A stretch of DNA of 64,000 bases from Raja brachyura (Eukaryota). The position numbers were made by a program, and so were the translations under genes. The notes below the pieces were generated by a model, which was given only the letters and a program-made list of their open reading frames with translations, searched no databases and was not told the DNA's origin. How positions within the stretch are numbered: the first letter of the stretch is position 1; every line of letters begins with the position of its first letter. Location of the stretch: assembly GCA_963514005.1 (NCBI GenBank), contig OY740795.1, positions 558,001 to 622,000 of the forward strand. Direction: 5' to 3'. Below are positions 1 to 13,637 of this stretch, in pieces.

Positions 1-1228
1 GTTCATTCCTCCGGTGAAGCAACATCTATGCAAAAGTAAATAGTGCAAAGACTTCACTGAGTCCTTGGGCACTTCGAGAGAATACGAGATGACTTTGCAG
101 TGCATATGACGTGCGGACAGGTTATTGGAACCATCCATAACAATTCGCGGCCAGAGTCAACGTGCGGATGCGTTGTCTCTGGTCTATGGTACAACGTGGG
201 TATTTAGAGCATTGCAGAGGGTTTTTTTTAATGCACAGTTGTAAATTGCAGGAATGTGGGGTTGCCTACCAAATTACGACGTGGGGATGGAAAGAGCAAA
301 TCGCAGGTACTCTCACTTGCAGCAGAAATGTCCGCTTCTGAGCTAGGCACGTGAAAGGGGTTAATGGAACTTAAAAAAAAGTAACCTTCAGATGCCGTAC
401 ATCGGAAATGTAAATCCCTTAATGTAAATAATTTAATATTGACTCCGATGGTCTGCATCTACACAGACAGTCGGAGGAATGCCATTCTGAAAGCTTGCCA
501 TAGGGCTTTGGAAAAAAGGGGAGGAAGTCACAGACAAATATCCTCGAAGTGTTTTTTTTTTGCATTTTGCTTGTATTATCCAGCTCAAAATGCCCATTTC
601 GAAATTCCCTTTCCCCTCTCAACTCCCTCCAACATCATCTCTGTAACTTAAGAATTAGCCATTTTTCCCACGTCATGCAAAATCACCTCTTATTGTCTCT
701 TTGCGTACACACTGCCTGACGTGCGCATTGTTTCCTGCGATCCTTTAATAAGTTTTAGAAATCCATCATTTGCATCGTTTTCGCAAAATACACTACTAAA
801 AGGATCACTTTGTATGCTAAATATTCTCCGCTGGTATCCACGTACTACTCCGACGATTGTTTGATAAAATCTAATTCGGTTGCTGTTGGGAATTAAATGA
901 GACAGATGGACCAAGATAGAACGGCATTTGGCAATATATGACAAAAGTAGCAGGGAACAACCATGGTCATCAGAAATAACACGGATCAGAGAGGGCGAAT
1001 GGCTTGATCCTGTCTTGTGAAATGTTTGAAGTTATTCATACAAATCTTCTGCCACGCACAGGAGAGACGCACAGTCAGGTCTATATGCTTGAACAAAGGG
1101 ACAAGTCACAAAAGGGAAATGCGATGCCGTAAAGACTGTTGGTTGGCAGTTCACTCACGTACGGATATATTAACTTTTAATCGCTTTAATCTTCTGGTGC
1201 ATTAAAAGTCATTTGAATTGCTCCGTAG

Positions 1229-1620
1229 CTCAACATCTGCTGACACCGTCCGTCTCAGTCCTTCTGCCGCCGACAGAAGAGATCAACGCTCACAAGACTA
1301 TCACCCTTACCTGCTTTGTGAGAGGATTCTCCCCTCGCAGGATCTTCGTCACGTGGACAGTTGATGACAAGCGGGTGGATGGGAGCAAGTACCGGAACAC
1401 CGAGGTGGTGGCGGATAACGGCAATTACACCTTCTTCACGTACAGCCTATTATCCGTTGGGGCAGAGGAGTGGGCCAGTGGAGCCTCCTTCTCCTGCCTG
1501 GTGGGGCACGAAGCACTACCCATGAAGACCATCATCAGAACGGTCAATAAATCAAGCGGTAAACCCAGTTTTGTGAACGTTTCCCTAGTATTGATGGACA
1601 CCATCAATTCCTGTCAATGA
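1229..1620 (+). CDS. IGHM: Immunoglobulin heavy chain (IgM-type) last constant exon (C-mu4) plus secretory tail
   Basis: AG acceptor at 1227-1228 (phase 1). C1-set domain ([11 protein letters not shown]...W...[11 protein letters not shown]). Tail [20 protein letters not shown] has an NxS sequon and penultimate Cys, as in cartilaginous-fish IgM. Internal donor G|GTAAA at 1558/1559 for the membrane form. Confidence 0.9.
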
Positions 1621-1647
1621 GAATGAATTAGTTGCATTTTGCTCTGA

Positions 1648-1663
1648 AATAAATACGAATAAA
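1648..1663 (+). terminator. Polyadenylation signals for the secretory mu transcript
   Basis: AATAAA at 1648-1653 and 1658-1663, about 30 nt after the secretory stop. Confidence 0.75.
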
Positions 1664-2192
1664 TACATTTCATTTCCTATCTTGAGCTGCACACCTGGCC
1701 ACCCAATTAATTATATAGATAATCATGCCAAAACGATGACTATATATTAACGTTAATACTGGAAAATCTTGGCGACAATTCACGGACACTGATGCAGTAA
1801 CATTGAGATTTTAGAGATAAATCACAGGTCCATCACTTTACGAATCGCGGACACATTTCAACATTATTACTCTTGCTGGGGAGATATGGGTCCATGTCTT
1901 TGGATTTCTGTTTCCCTCGTTCTCCTGTTTCCAATCCAATCAGATCTGAGGCAGGATCTCAGACGTTGCGCTTTGTAGGGCCTGCCGCTCCGTGAAAAAA
2001 GTAGCCACTCACCCTCCTCCACCCGCATGAGGGGGACGTGCATTTTGTCTGTCACGTATATTTCTGCACACATTTCTATTTCCACATATAGATTGAAATG
2101 CGCATGCACTGTTATATATGAACGCCCATCTGCAAAATCGCATACAATGTTTCAATCGTGCCACGTATTCAATATATATGAACACAATTGCA

Positions 2193-2410
2193 NNNNNNNN
2201 NNNNNNNNNNNNNNNNNNNNNNNNNNNNNNNNNNNNNNNNNNNNNNNNNNNNNNNNNNNNNNNNNNNNNNNNNNNNNNNNNNNNNNNNNNNNNNNNNNNN
2301 NNNNNNNNNNNNNNNNNNNNNNNNNNNNNNNNNNNNNNNNNNNNNNNNNNNNNNNNNNNNNNNNNNNNNNNNNNNNNNNNNNNNNNNNNNNNNNNNNNNN
2401 NNNNNNNNNN
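2193..2410. other. Assembly gap
   Basis: Run of N. Confidence 0.99.
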
Positions 2411-3217
2411 GGAATGAGGGAAGAATATATTAATGATAAAATAATGTAATCGTTCCTTTGATGTACGTGATGCTGAATGACTTCAGGAGTATAGGGCAGG
2501 AAAAGCATATATTAATTTAATAAAAACAACGTACGTCCAAGTACGTCTAAGTGGAATCTAAAGAACAAGAATAATGTGTCACCTTTCCCGATTGTTCCCA
2601 TGAAGACGTGGGTCATTTAACTCCGGGTCGTAAATGCCGTGGCTTTCAGTTATTAAACGGCCATCAAAATGTATGCAGGTGATTGATGGGATAACCGCTA
2701 TGAATGGGTAGTGAGAACACGAACTTAGTGCCAAATATCAGATGCGGCGAGAGATTGTGTAGCACGCCGGCTCGAGCATTAGATGAGGCAACATCCACTC
2801 CCAGCTCTCTCCCAGATGTACACGAAGTATACTAACCACAAAACATCAGCAAGCGCACAAAAATAAAATAATTTATCGGGGCGCATAGAAGCATACATAA
2901 AACGCAATTAACAACACATATGCCCCATAGCACGTAGACATACACCTAAACAGGCCAGCAATTAAACATTCTTTGAAATACAAAATAATTGGAACGATTA
3001 GCTAAAAGCGCATATTTGCACGACCACCCACTTTAGTACAATTCAAATACATTTAGGCACTCACTTTAATACTAATGAACTTTCAAAGCGAATTTCCCGT
3101 GACAATTGACGTTAGTAGATACATTGGCAAAACATTATATATTTTTTCTTCATAAATACTGATTGATGTTGAAATAGATTTCCCAAAACAACGCACGCAA
3201 ACATATGTGCTTGCACG

Positions 3218-3430
3218 NNNNNNNNNNNNNNNNNNNNNNNNNNNNNNNNNNNNNNNNNNNNNNNNNNNNNNNNNNNNNNNNNNNNNNNNNNNNNNNNNNN
3301 NNNNNNNNNNNNNNNNNNNNNNNNNNNNNNNNNNNNNNNNNNNNNNNNNNNNGCCCACGCTCACACGCGCACGCACACACACATACACGCACACGCGCAC
3401 ACGCACACACACACAAACACACACACACAA
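3218..3430. repeat. Assembly gap followed by (CA)n/(CG)n microsatellite
   Basis: N run then CA/CG dinucleotide repeats. Confidence 0.95.
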
Positions 3431-3989
3431 CCATGAACCAATACGAAAAAAATGTTAGGATTTAGGCAAACTTATACTTAGTGGTTCACAACAAACTAGT
3501 TACATCAAAAGGGAGGGCTATTCAGATCATTTAAACAGTAGTTTTCCGCGCGTTCCGAAAACGCAAGTATAGCAGTAGATCATTAATGCTCTATATTTTA
3601 CATTAGAAAAATAATGCTTATAAAATGGTTTAAAGCTATTTTTGTACACACGCCTTCCTCCACGCCCTAACCGAAAACAGGATACTACAGACAACAGGGT
3701 TCTACTGTGGGAAGTATGGCATATCATCGGGATCGAATGCTTACATTCAGTGAGTTTCTTCGCCGAGCTCCGGTCACCATCTACAAATAAAGGGTTATCT
3801 GTCAGCAGTAACCTGCATCTATGTTTATACCATCCCGGCTAGAACATTATATTAATGGGAAACGGACGTTTATAGAATTAATAATTAAACCCAGAAATAT
3901 ACATACACACGGCTTTCTCCAAAATCATTCATAAACGGTTCTTTATTAGATGCTGTGGCAACGTGGCCATGATTGTGTATACAATTAGC

Positions 3990-5785
3990 AAATAGCAACA
4001 GGATAACGAGGGATAAAATTGGACAAATAGGGAGCCAGAATGGACAGATATCTGAAAAGCCAAAAGAGATGGGGGAGATATTGAACAATTTATTATCTTC
4101 GGTATTCACCAAGGTGAAGGATATTGAACTTTGTGAGGTAAGGGAAAAAAGTAGAGTAGTAATGGCAACTATGAGATTCAAAGAGGAGGAAGTACTGACA
4201 CTTTTGAAAAATATAAAAGTGAATAAGTCTCCAGGTCCTGATTGGATATTCCCTAGGACATTGAGGGAAGTTAGTATAGTAATAGCAGGGGCTATGACAG
4301 AAATATGTCAAATGTCATTAGAAACGGGAATAGTGCCGGAAGATTGGCGTAATGCGCATGTTGTTCTATTGTTTAAAAAGGGTTCAAAGAATAAACCTAG
4401 CAATTATAGACCTGTTAGTTTGACGTCAGTGGTGTGCAAATTAATGAAAAGGATACTTAGAGATAATATATATAAGCATCTGGATAAACAGGGTCTGATC
4501 AAGAACAGTCAACATGGATTTGTGCCTGGAAGGTCATGTTTGACAAAACTTCTTGCATTTTTTGAAGAGGTTACTAGGGAAATTGTTGAGGGTAAAGTAG
4601 TGGATGTTGTCTTTATGGATTTCCGTAAGGCCTTTGACAAGGTTCCCCATGGAAGGTTGGTTAAGAAGGTTCAAACTTTGGGTGTTAATGGCGGAGTATC
4701 AAGGCGCATTCAGTGGCTGAATGGGAGATGCTAGAGAGTAATGGTAGATGGCTGTTTGTCAGGTTGGAAGCCGGTCAGCAGCGGGGTGCCTCGGGGATTT
4801 GTGTTGGGTCCACTGTCATGTTATCAATGATCTAGATGATGGGGTGAAAAATTGGATAAGTAAGTATGCAGATGATACTAAGATAGGTGGTGCTGTGGAT
4901 AATGAAGTAGATTTTCAAAGTCTACAGAGAGATTTGGGCCATTTGGAAGAGTGGGCTGAAAGATGGCAAATGGAGCTTAATGCTGATAAGTGTGAGGTGC
5001 TACATCTTGGCAGGACAGATCAAAATAGGACGTACATGGTAAATGGTAGGGAATTGAGGAATGCTGTGGAACAGACGGATCTAGGAATAACTGTGCATAG
5101 TTCCCTGAAGGTGGAATCGCATGTAGATAGGGTGGTAAATAAAGCTTTTGTTGTGCCGGCCTTTATAAATCAGAGCATTGAATATAGTAGGGAAGTAATG
5201 TTAACATTGTGCAAGACACTGGGGAGACCAATTCTGGAGCATGGTGTACAATTTTGGTCGACTAATTATAGGAAGGATATCAACAAAATAGAGAGAGAGA
5301 GAACAGAGGAGATTTACTAGAATGTTGCCTGGGTTCCAGCAACTAAGTTAGAGAGAAAGGTTGAACAAGTTAGGTCTTTATTCTTTGGAGCGCAGAAGGT
5401 TAAGGGGGGACTTGATTGAAGTCTTTAAAACGATGAAAGGGATAGACAGATTTGACGTGGATAAGCTTTTCCCATTGAGGGTAGGGAAGATTCAAACAAG
5501 AGGGTCATGAGAATTAAGGGACAGAAGTTTAGGGGTAACATGAGGGGGAACTTCTTTACTCAGAGTGTGGTGGCTGTGTGGAATGAGCTTCCAGCAGAAG
5601 TGGTGGAGGCAGGATCGATTTTAACATGTAAAAGTAAAGTGGATAGGTATATGGACGTGAAGGGAAAGGAGTGGTATGGTCTGAGAGCACGTAGATGGGA
5701 CTAGGGGAAAATAAATGGTCGGCACGGACAGGAAGGGCCGAGAAGGCCTGTTTACGTGTTGTAATTGTTATATGGTTTTATGGTT
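3990..5785 (+). mobile_element. CR1-type LINE, 5'-truncated ORF2 (RT) and 3' tail, in the C-mu4/TM1 intron
   Basis: Broken ORFs with KSPGPD, NYRPVSLTS, DFRKAFDKVPH, YADDTK, FFTQxVV motifs; near-identical to 40150-41790. Confidence 0.92.
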
Positions 5786-5939
5786 AATTGCTGAGGATGA
5801 TCACCGCAACATAAAAACAGCTCAGAGTAAATTAATATCCCTAATATTAGTATTCCTATTATGTTGGTAAATAATACATAAAATACAATGTTCTGTATTA
5901 GAATACTCTGTGAACGTCTTCGCGTTCTGCTTCCCGTAG

Positions 5940-6067
5940 ATTACGACGCCAATGTTCGACTTGAGAACAATGAGGACGACAGAGACAACCTCTGGCCAAC
6001 CGCCTCCACATTCATTATCCTGTTCTTCCTGAGCATTTCCTACGGATCTGTCTTAACTCTGGTGAAG
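5940..6067 (+). CDS. IGHM: IgM transmembrane exon TM1
   Basis: CCCGTAG acceptor, phase 1 matching the donor at 1558. Encodes DYDANVRLENNEDDRDNLWPTASTFIILFFLSISYGSVLTLVK (Ig TM motif). Donor GTGAGG at 6068. Confidence 0.92.
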
Positions 6068-6094
6068 GTGAGGTCATTCCACTTACAATAGACC

Positions 6095-6690
6095 ATAGAC
6101 AATAGACAATCGGTATAGTAGTAGGCCATTCGACCATTCGAGCAAGCACCGCCATTTAATGCGACCATGGCTGATCATCCCGTATCAGAAACCCGTTCCT
6201 GCCTTCCCCCCATATCCCTGACTCAGCTATCATTTAGTTCGCTCTTGAAGTATCCAGAGAACCGGCCTCCACCGCCCTCTGAGGCAGAGAATTCCACAGA
6301 CTCACAACTCTGTGTGAGAAAAAGTGTTTCCTCGTCTCAGTTCCAAATGGCTTACCACTTATTCTTAAACTGTGGCCCCTGGTTATGGACATCCCCCAAC
6401 TCCTGGAACATGTTTCCCGCCTCAAGTTTGTAAAAAGCCTTAAAAATCATATATGTTTCAATAAGATTCCCTCTCATCAAAACTCCACAGTATAGAAGCA
6501 CAACCGGTCCATTCCCTCAGCAAATGGCATTCCCGCCATCCTGGGAATTAATATTGTAAACGTATGCTGCACTCCCTCAATAGTAAGAATGTCCTTCCTC
6601 AAATTAAGGGACTAAAACTGCACATAATACACCAGGTGTGGTCTCATTAGGGCACCATGCAACTGCAGGAGGACCTCTTTGCTCGTTACT
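6095..6690 (-). mobile_element. CR1-type LINE 3' fragment
   Basis: Minus-strand TRGHSLRI...FFSHRVVSLWNSLP motif and typical 3' tail. Confidence 0.8.
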
Positions 6691-6804
6691 TATCCACTTG
6701 TTTGTAGAGTACAGCAAAATATCGATTATCATACTCTGTGGAGTTCCCGGCATCTATGTCACAGACTGCTAATGCACTTTCATATTATCTCTCTCTCTTT
6801 GCAG

Positions 6805-6813
6805 GTCAAGTGA
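6805..6813 (+). CDS. IGHM: IgM TM2 exon coding part (VK*)
   Basis: Pyrimidine tract + GCAG acceptor followed by GTC AAG TGA, giving the KVK cytoplasmic tail. Confidence 0.85.
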   Translation, partial: VK

Positions 6814-9009
6814 CGATTGAATATTGAAAATGGCGTATTTTTCTGACCGGTCTATAGACTTCGTTGTAACCAAAGAAAATGTTCAAAGCTGAAGCGGACA
6901 ATGTCATAAGCAATAGTTCATTCTGTAGATCTGACTTCTTTGATATTGCCTAGTTGCCTTTAATATGGCGTCAATGTATAATGTATTTTCTCAAACTGTA
7001 TACGTTTCTTTTTTTCTTTTTTCTATACGTTATATTTTTCTTGCTCATGCGTCGTGCTTGTGCCATTCCGCCGTTGTCTATAAAGTGGGGAACGCTGTTT
7101 GTGTGATATCGTAAACGAAATGTTAAATTCAGACACACTATCTATGCCTGTCATTATTCTAAAAACTTCTATCAGGTTTTCCTTCAACCTCCGACGCTCC
7201 CGAGAAAACAATCCATGTTTATGCAACTTCTTAGAGCTAATAACTCTAACCCCTGTAGCATTCCAGTAAACATCTTCAGCATCTTCTCTAAAGCCACCAC
7301 ATTATTCCTTCGAAGGGGGGGGGGGGGGCTGACCTACAGACAGTACTCCACGTGCGGCCTAACCGAAGTCTTGTAAATAAAACGTAATGTGAATGCAAGA
7401 GTAAATACATACCCAACAATCCAACGCGTGCGCACATTCCACGTATGATCAAATATCGATTTACTCATTTTCTGCTCAATCGTCCTTTCCTTAATTCAGA
7501 GCTACCCTTCGACTCTCGAGCTAAATGTTCAGTGTACCTGTTCTCAGTGTCGAATTCAGTTGTTTTGAACACTTTGTGTTCTGCTTTTAAAAGCGTCTCT
7601 GCAATATGTTTTCTTTTATATCACAAATAAAAGCGGAACTACAAAAAGCCTAACCTGGTTTGCTATGTTCGTTTCTCGAAGGAACAAACACCTTGCACTA
7701 AATCCGCTCTCGTATTTCTTCGTTCTCCACCATTTCCCTGAATATATTTTCTCTCAAATCTTCACTGGCTAGTTGAACAGGAGTGACTTCGATTATGCGG
7801 CCATGGCGCGCTCGGCTGTCCGATGACGTTAATGTCATGTATATTTGAATGCACTGTATGCCAAAGTTCCAGGAGAAGAGTGACCACACAGGCGCTTTTC
7901 AAAACCGCTCCTTGTACAGTGGCTATCTTCAACAAATAGGTCTTCGTGACAAACTGTCTGCTCCACAGCACTAAGCATCATAACAATACCTTCGTTATTC
8001 CAGTCGAATATACCAAAACATATTTCAATGCAACGAGAGTGCTCTACAGCCAACACCGGCAAGAGATCAGCAAAGTACGTGGGTAGGATTCTGGGTGTGG
8101 AGAGTAGAACGGGCAAGAGACAAGGACAGACATTAATAATTAATCGCCAGTATGTGGACTCACATTACTCCAGCGGATAGTAAATTAGTTCAGATGGATT
8201 TGCCTGTTACCCATCTTGTGTATGCTTTCACTTCGTCATTGGTGCGGCCTTTGACGGCGAGAGAGTGAGTAGTATTGGACCCCAAAATGAAAATAGGCCA
8301 CACGGAGCCAGAAAGCCAGAAAGCCACTCATCCCACTAGTTGGTTATCCTGGACTACTCTCGACTGTTTGCATTTGGCCCCTTTCAACGCACTATCTGGG
8401 TAAACGCGACTAAAGTTGTTGGGCCCAGATTAATTTGAATAGAGAGTGGGCCTACTTTCTGTAGCATAATGCAACACCAACACAGAATGGGCTTTGTGTT
8501 TTCGGACCTTACGTTGTTTGAATACTGATTAGGCCTGTTGTCATGTCGCCATGTATCGGGCCCGTGTTTCCCTCCAGATAGACCACCGGAGTAGACGTGG
8601 TTAGATGTTTTGCTGTTTTACCACAAAAGTGAAAGGAAGTGGAAGCAGTAATATGACGTGAACATGTTTCTTCGGCACCAGGGCCGAATATAATCCCTTA
8701 CCGTGTACATAAAAGTGCACCTGATGTGCTTAGATTCTCGTGGAGGCTCTTGCGAATAGTTTGGTAGGAGCAGGTCACTCCAATGGTTTAGCGTAGAACG
8801 GGGGGGTTGTTCAATTCCTGGAAGAAAGAGTCTCAAGAGTTAAGTCAGTTTAGGCTATATGTCTCCTAAATGTAAAAGGCAAGATTTCCTTCAGCATAGT
8901 GGCACAGAGTCCAGCAAGTTATTTAGAAAGAAAGAGATTAATTGACACCACAGTGCAGAAAGCAGGTATATTCGCTGGTAGCTCAGAACACATTAGCAAA
9001 CTAAAGATA

Positions 9010-10400
9010 CATAGAAAATATGTGCAGGAATAATCCGTTCAGCCTATCGAGCAAGCACCGCCATTCAATATGATTATGGCTGATTATCCAAAATCATTAT
9101 CCCAATTCTGCTTTCTCCCCATATCCATTGATTCCGTCAACCCCAAGGGGTATATCTAGCTCCCTTTTGGGAACATCCAGTGAATTGGCCTCCACTGCCT
9201 TCTGAGCCAGAAAATTCCACACATTCACAACTTTCTTACTGGAAAAAATGTATCTCCTCACCTCACCCTACTCCTCATTCTTCAACCGTGACCCATAGGT
9301 ATGGACTCCCCAAACAACAGAAACATTTTTCGGGCATCCAGCCTGTTCAATCCCCTAAGATTGCATATGTTTCTAAAATATCCCCTCTCATCCTTCTTAA
9401 TTCCTTCAAATAAGCCCAGTCGATCGATTATTTTATCATATGTCGGTCCTGACATCCCGGGAATTAACCTGGTCAACGTACGATGTACTCGTTCAATGAC
9501 AATAATGTCCTTCCGCAAATTAGGAGACTTTCTGAGTGCCAACCAATGCTCTGTCCGTAACAATATCATACCATGTGTGCTAATTGCGCGCACTAAGCAA
9601 CCGTGTCGAATCTTTTCAAAGGCCTGAAGGGAGTCCTGTTACACCACATCCATTGGCTCTCCCTTATCCATTTTCCCTCTTACATACTCAATAAATTCCA
9701 GATGATTAGTCAAGCATGATTTCTCCCTTCATAAATGCATGCCGAATTTGACCAACCCTGACAGTGCTTTCCAAATGCGCTGCTAATACATACTTAATAG
9801 TAGACTCAAGCATCTTCCCCACTTCCGATGTTAGGTTAACTATTCTATAATTCACCGTTTCACCATCCTTTCTGAAAAAGTGGTGTTATATCAGCTACCC
9901 TCCAGTCCACAGGAACTGATCCAGTGTCTATAGTACATTGGAAGATTATGACCAACCATCCACGATATCGCGGGCCACCTCCTTGAGTTGTTTGCGATGC
10001 AGACTATCAGGTGGCCAGGTCATATGGATTTCCTCACTCATGTGGATTTCCTTCACTTCCTCCGTCCTACTAGATCCTCGGTCCCCTTGTACTTCTGGGA
10101 GTATGTTCGAGTTTTCCTTAGTGAAGACAGAACCAAAGTATTTGTTTAACTGGTCTGCCAATTTCTTGATTCCCATCATAAATTAACCTGTATCTGACTG
10201 TAAGGGGCCTACATTTATGTTCACTAATATTCTCCCCGCAAGCTTCCTTTCATGCTCCATTTCCCCCACGCAATTGATTCCCTTGTCCTCCTCTGTTCAA
10301 TTTTAAATTTCTCCCAGTCCACCGGTTAGCTGTAGTATCTGGCCATTTGATATGCCAGGATTTAACACTGTCCCTAAATTCCATTGCTTGTCACGGTTGA
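9010..10400 (-). mobile_element. Decayed CR1-type LINE
   Basis: Minus-strand fragments (LNKYFGSVFTKE, RKDIIVIERV) and CR1 3' tail near 9010-9130. Confidence 0.8.
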
Positions 10401-12808
10401 GCAAATGTAACGCACGATTGAATAACCCAGGTGAAATCTTGACTTCCTTCACACCGGACTTGTCCGGCGTAACACACAGATAGACACAGATATACTTGTA
10501 ATCGAGGGTAATTTACTTAAAGCTGCGATCAAAATGAAGTCTGCTGTAGAAGCTGCATGTCATAAACAAACCAGACAATGTGCAGACATGGCACGTCAGG
10601 CAGCTTCTGCGGAGAGTTCCAGAAACGCAAACAGCGAAACTTGCCACGGCATCCTTCAAACTTGTTTTTTGTCCTTCGTGATCATGGCTGGTTTAGGTTG
10701 TATTCGTTTCATTTTTTGCGACAGTTCCCTGGATCCATTGATTCCGCCCTTTGTAAATATTTATATATGTTTGGCGAGATGCGTGGAGACCCGTTGGCTC
10801 TGCCAGAGAGCGCCAGGGAGGGAAGAGAATGGGGTTGAGAGCTGTAATATAAATCAGCCACGATTAAATCGCAGAGTAGACTTGATGTGCCGAATTGCCT
10901 AATTCTACTTCTGGCATAATGAACATGAATACTTTCACTTGTCCAGGAATTACAACTAATTTATCATGCCCCTGCATTCACGGGTTACACTCGCAGCTGC
11001 TGCTGGCTAGGTCAAGTCTTGTTTGATGTAACGCCAGCTCTCTCTGTGTTTAACCTCTTTGCACCTCGTGCAAATTACACAATTTACTTCCCACGCAGAC
11101 CTGGACACACACACAGGTTCGTGCGCGCTAGCAAATCCACGCAATGACGGTGTCGTTGACCAGTTCAACAAAGATATGCGTTGGGAAGATCTGCAGATGT
11201 TGGTTTACACCGAAGATAGACACAAAATGCTGGAGTAATGCTCCTGTCCCACTTAGGAAACCTGAACGGAAATCTCTGGAGACGCTGCGCCCCACCCAAG
11301 GTTTACGTGCGGTTCCCGGAGATTTTTGTCATTCTCCCTAATGGTCGAAAGTGGTTTCCGCTTCTTGTATAGGACGTAGAAGAAGCGGAAACAATCTTAA
11401 CAAACGTATATGTTTCAAATCAAGCCCTTAATTATCTTGTATGTTTCAATCCAAGCCATTGCCAATGATATATGTCTCCTTACTTCACTCCGCACCTGGT
11501 TATCTTCCCTAATATATTATCTTGGACTGACACAGGTTTCGATATGACACGTTATTGTCGTATCAGTTGGCAGATTTGTATTACTCTTTCGCTATTTCTG
11601 TGTTTTTGTGTTTTTGTGAATGGGGACGTTTCATTCTGTTTATATTGCTCAACTTTTCACATTGGACGTTTCGTGTCTGAATGTATTTCCTTGCATTCCC
11701 GGGACTCTGATCTTCGAAGGTACATAGCATCACATTTCCCTCCATTTCCTTTCACCTGACACCGCTCGTCTCCAAATTCAAACGGATTTCTTAAAAGCTA
11801 AAGAAGCGCTTCGCTATCTATGACTCTCCACATATTCGTCGTATTTAAACACCCTAATCTCATTTGCACCCAACCATATTTGCCTGTTTGTAACGTAATG
11901 CGTGCCAAAACGAATTTTTAAAAAACGCCGGCCCGAAACAGAAGGTGATGGAAAGAAAGAGATTAAATATTTTAAATATCCCGCAGTGTCTGAATGATTA
12001 AGTGGCTCGTATATTTTCTGTATTTTTAAGGGAGAAGCGCTGTGATATACGTTGACGCAGCCTACATTTTTCCCGAAATATAGAATAATAGAAATATAGA
12101 AATATAGCTTCAATTACACACTTGAAGTAAAAAAATATGTTGTCAAATCTCCTTAAAACACATAGATTTCCTTCGTAGGTTGGGAATCATCGGTGGAAAC
12201 AGAAATAGTTAAAATTTAATTACCAAGATTCTTGACCAGAACAGAAAAAGTAGAAAAAAACTGCAATTTTATTTTCACAGAGAAGTAGAGCTCAAGAGAT
12301 GGAATGCCAGAGGGAATCTCACCAATTGAAGTGTCCAAAGCTGACCTGGTGACACGTTGTTTATGAAGCTATCTGATTCGTGGTTAAGATATTAAACTAA
12401 AAGAGAGAAAGCAAACCTGTGGAAACGAAGTTAGCTCCAGTTCCTTTGAGTGAGTGGTTAACGAGAAGCCAATGATATCAGAGGCGGCTCCTACCAGAAC
12501 ATATTCCCTACTCACCGGACTCAATCAGAGGAATGTGGGTTAAGCATGTATGTGGCGCTTATAGACCTGAAGGAAAATCAGAACAATCATCCACCCTAGT
12601 TTATACCTAGTTTATACCTAGTTTATGGTGTGCTTACTCCATGGGCCGGAAAGTGCGTGTCTTCAGTAATTTACGGAGCCTAGACCAATGGAAACCAACC
12701 CGACTCACTGCGGTTTTGCAAGCCAACGCTGTGGCAGGTCAGCGGAGCTTTTCACGGCTGCCAGCCTCTAATTCACGTCACCGAAGTGAGTCCCCCTGAG
12801 ACTGAGCG

Positions 12809-13298
12809 ATGCGAATGCCACCGGTTTTCATCCTGGTGCCCTGCTTACATTGTGAGTACAGTTCGCACCTTAATATATAAATAATCGCATCCTTCCCGAT
12901 TTTCAGTTTTCCCAGTTTTATTTGTTCCTTCCCCGAGACGTGATTCGTTTTTGATGCACATTTCCCTCTCCATGTGGTTCATTTGCAGGGTCCTTTAGTC
13001 AGACAATGACGCAGTGCCCCTCAGCGGCGACGAGGGAGGAGTGCCAGTCTCTCACCATCAAATGCCGTTTCCAACCTGGTTCAAGGGGTGAATATACATT
13101 TCAAACTGGACGTTTCTTCAAACAAACCCAATCCGAACCAGGGCGGGAACGGATCACCAACGGGCCCCGATTCCGTACGTCGGTTAATGAAGCAGAAATG
13201 ACTTTCACGCTGGAAATTCGAGAACTGGCAGCTGGGGACAACTCCACCTATTACTGTCAAGCTGAGTACAGATGGCGTCGACAAAGAGTTATGGGGAT
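12809..13298 (+). CDS. NARTCR: NAR-TCR (IgNAR-like) V segment: leader exon 12809-12851, V exon 12989-13298, probably with a germline-joined D
   Basis: Leader MRMPPVFILVPCLH with GTGAGT donor; TTTGCAG acceptor. V-set domain SLTIKC...ERITNGPRFRTSVN...DNSTYYC with IgNAR-like CDR2 deletion and non-canonical FR1 Cys. 13 extra codons after the second Cys before the RSS. Confidence 0.88.
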
Positions 13299-13326
13299 CA
13301 CAATATAAGAGAGCAGCACATAATCT
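13299..13326 (+). other. 12-bp-spacer RSS of NAR-TCR V(D)
   Basis: CACAATA + 12 nt (TAAGAGAGCAGC) + ACATAATCT. Confidence 0.8.
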
Positions 13327-13637
13327 TCGGGCAATTAAACATCTATTTACGGGATGCGCCAACACAATGTAACACTTCTTCGTGACCCGGAGTCGAGCTG
13401 AATTCCATTGCAATCGGGAAGTTATTGTTATCTTTACTTGCCATTTGCTCCATCAATTTTCGAAGCGACCACCGCCTCAGGTACAGAAATTGCATTACCG
13501 GGGTGCTCGTCTCTTAAATGGAACAGATTGATCAACCTGCGATGGTGGAACTTGGAACATTTGGTTGTCGTCCTGAAACCACTGGAGGGATTTCACAGCC
13601 TCTGGTCATGACTGCCCGGCATATTTAGGCAGAGGGA

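Noticed and set aside
1229-1620. IgW or IgNAR identity for the constant exon
   Set aside because: The secretory tail and TM sequence fit my recollection of cartilaginous-fish IgM better; the upstream exons needed for certainty are outside the window.
8949-8990. CACAGTG heptamer as a possible RSS
   Set aside because: No nonamer at 12 or 23 spacing and no V or D coding context.
12773-12780. CRE-like TCACGTCA promoter element before the NAR V leader
   Set aside because: Short imperfect match, not seen consistently before the other V leaders.
13363-13400. CACAATG between NAR V and J as a possible D-segment RSS
   Set aside because: No nonamer at either spacing and no matching 5' RSS.
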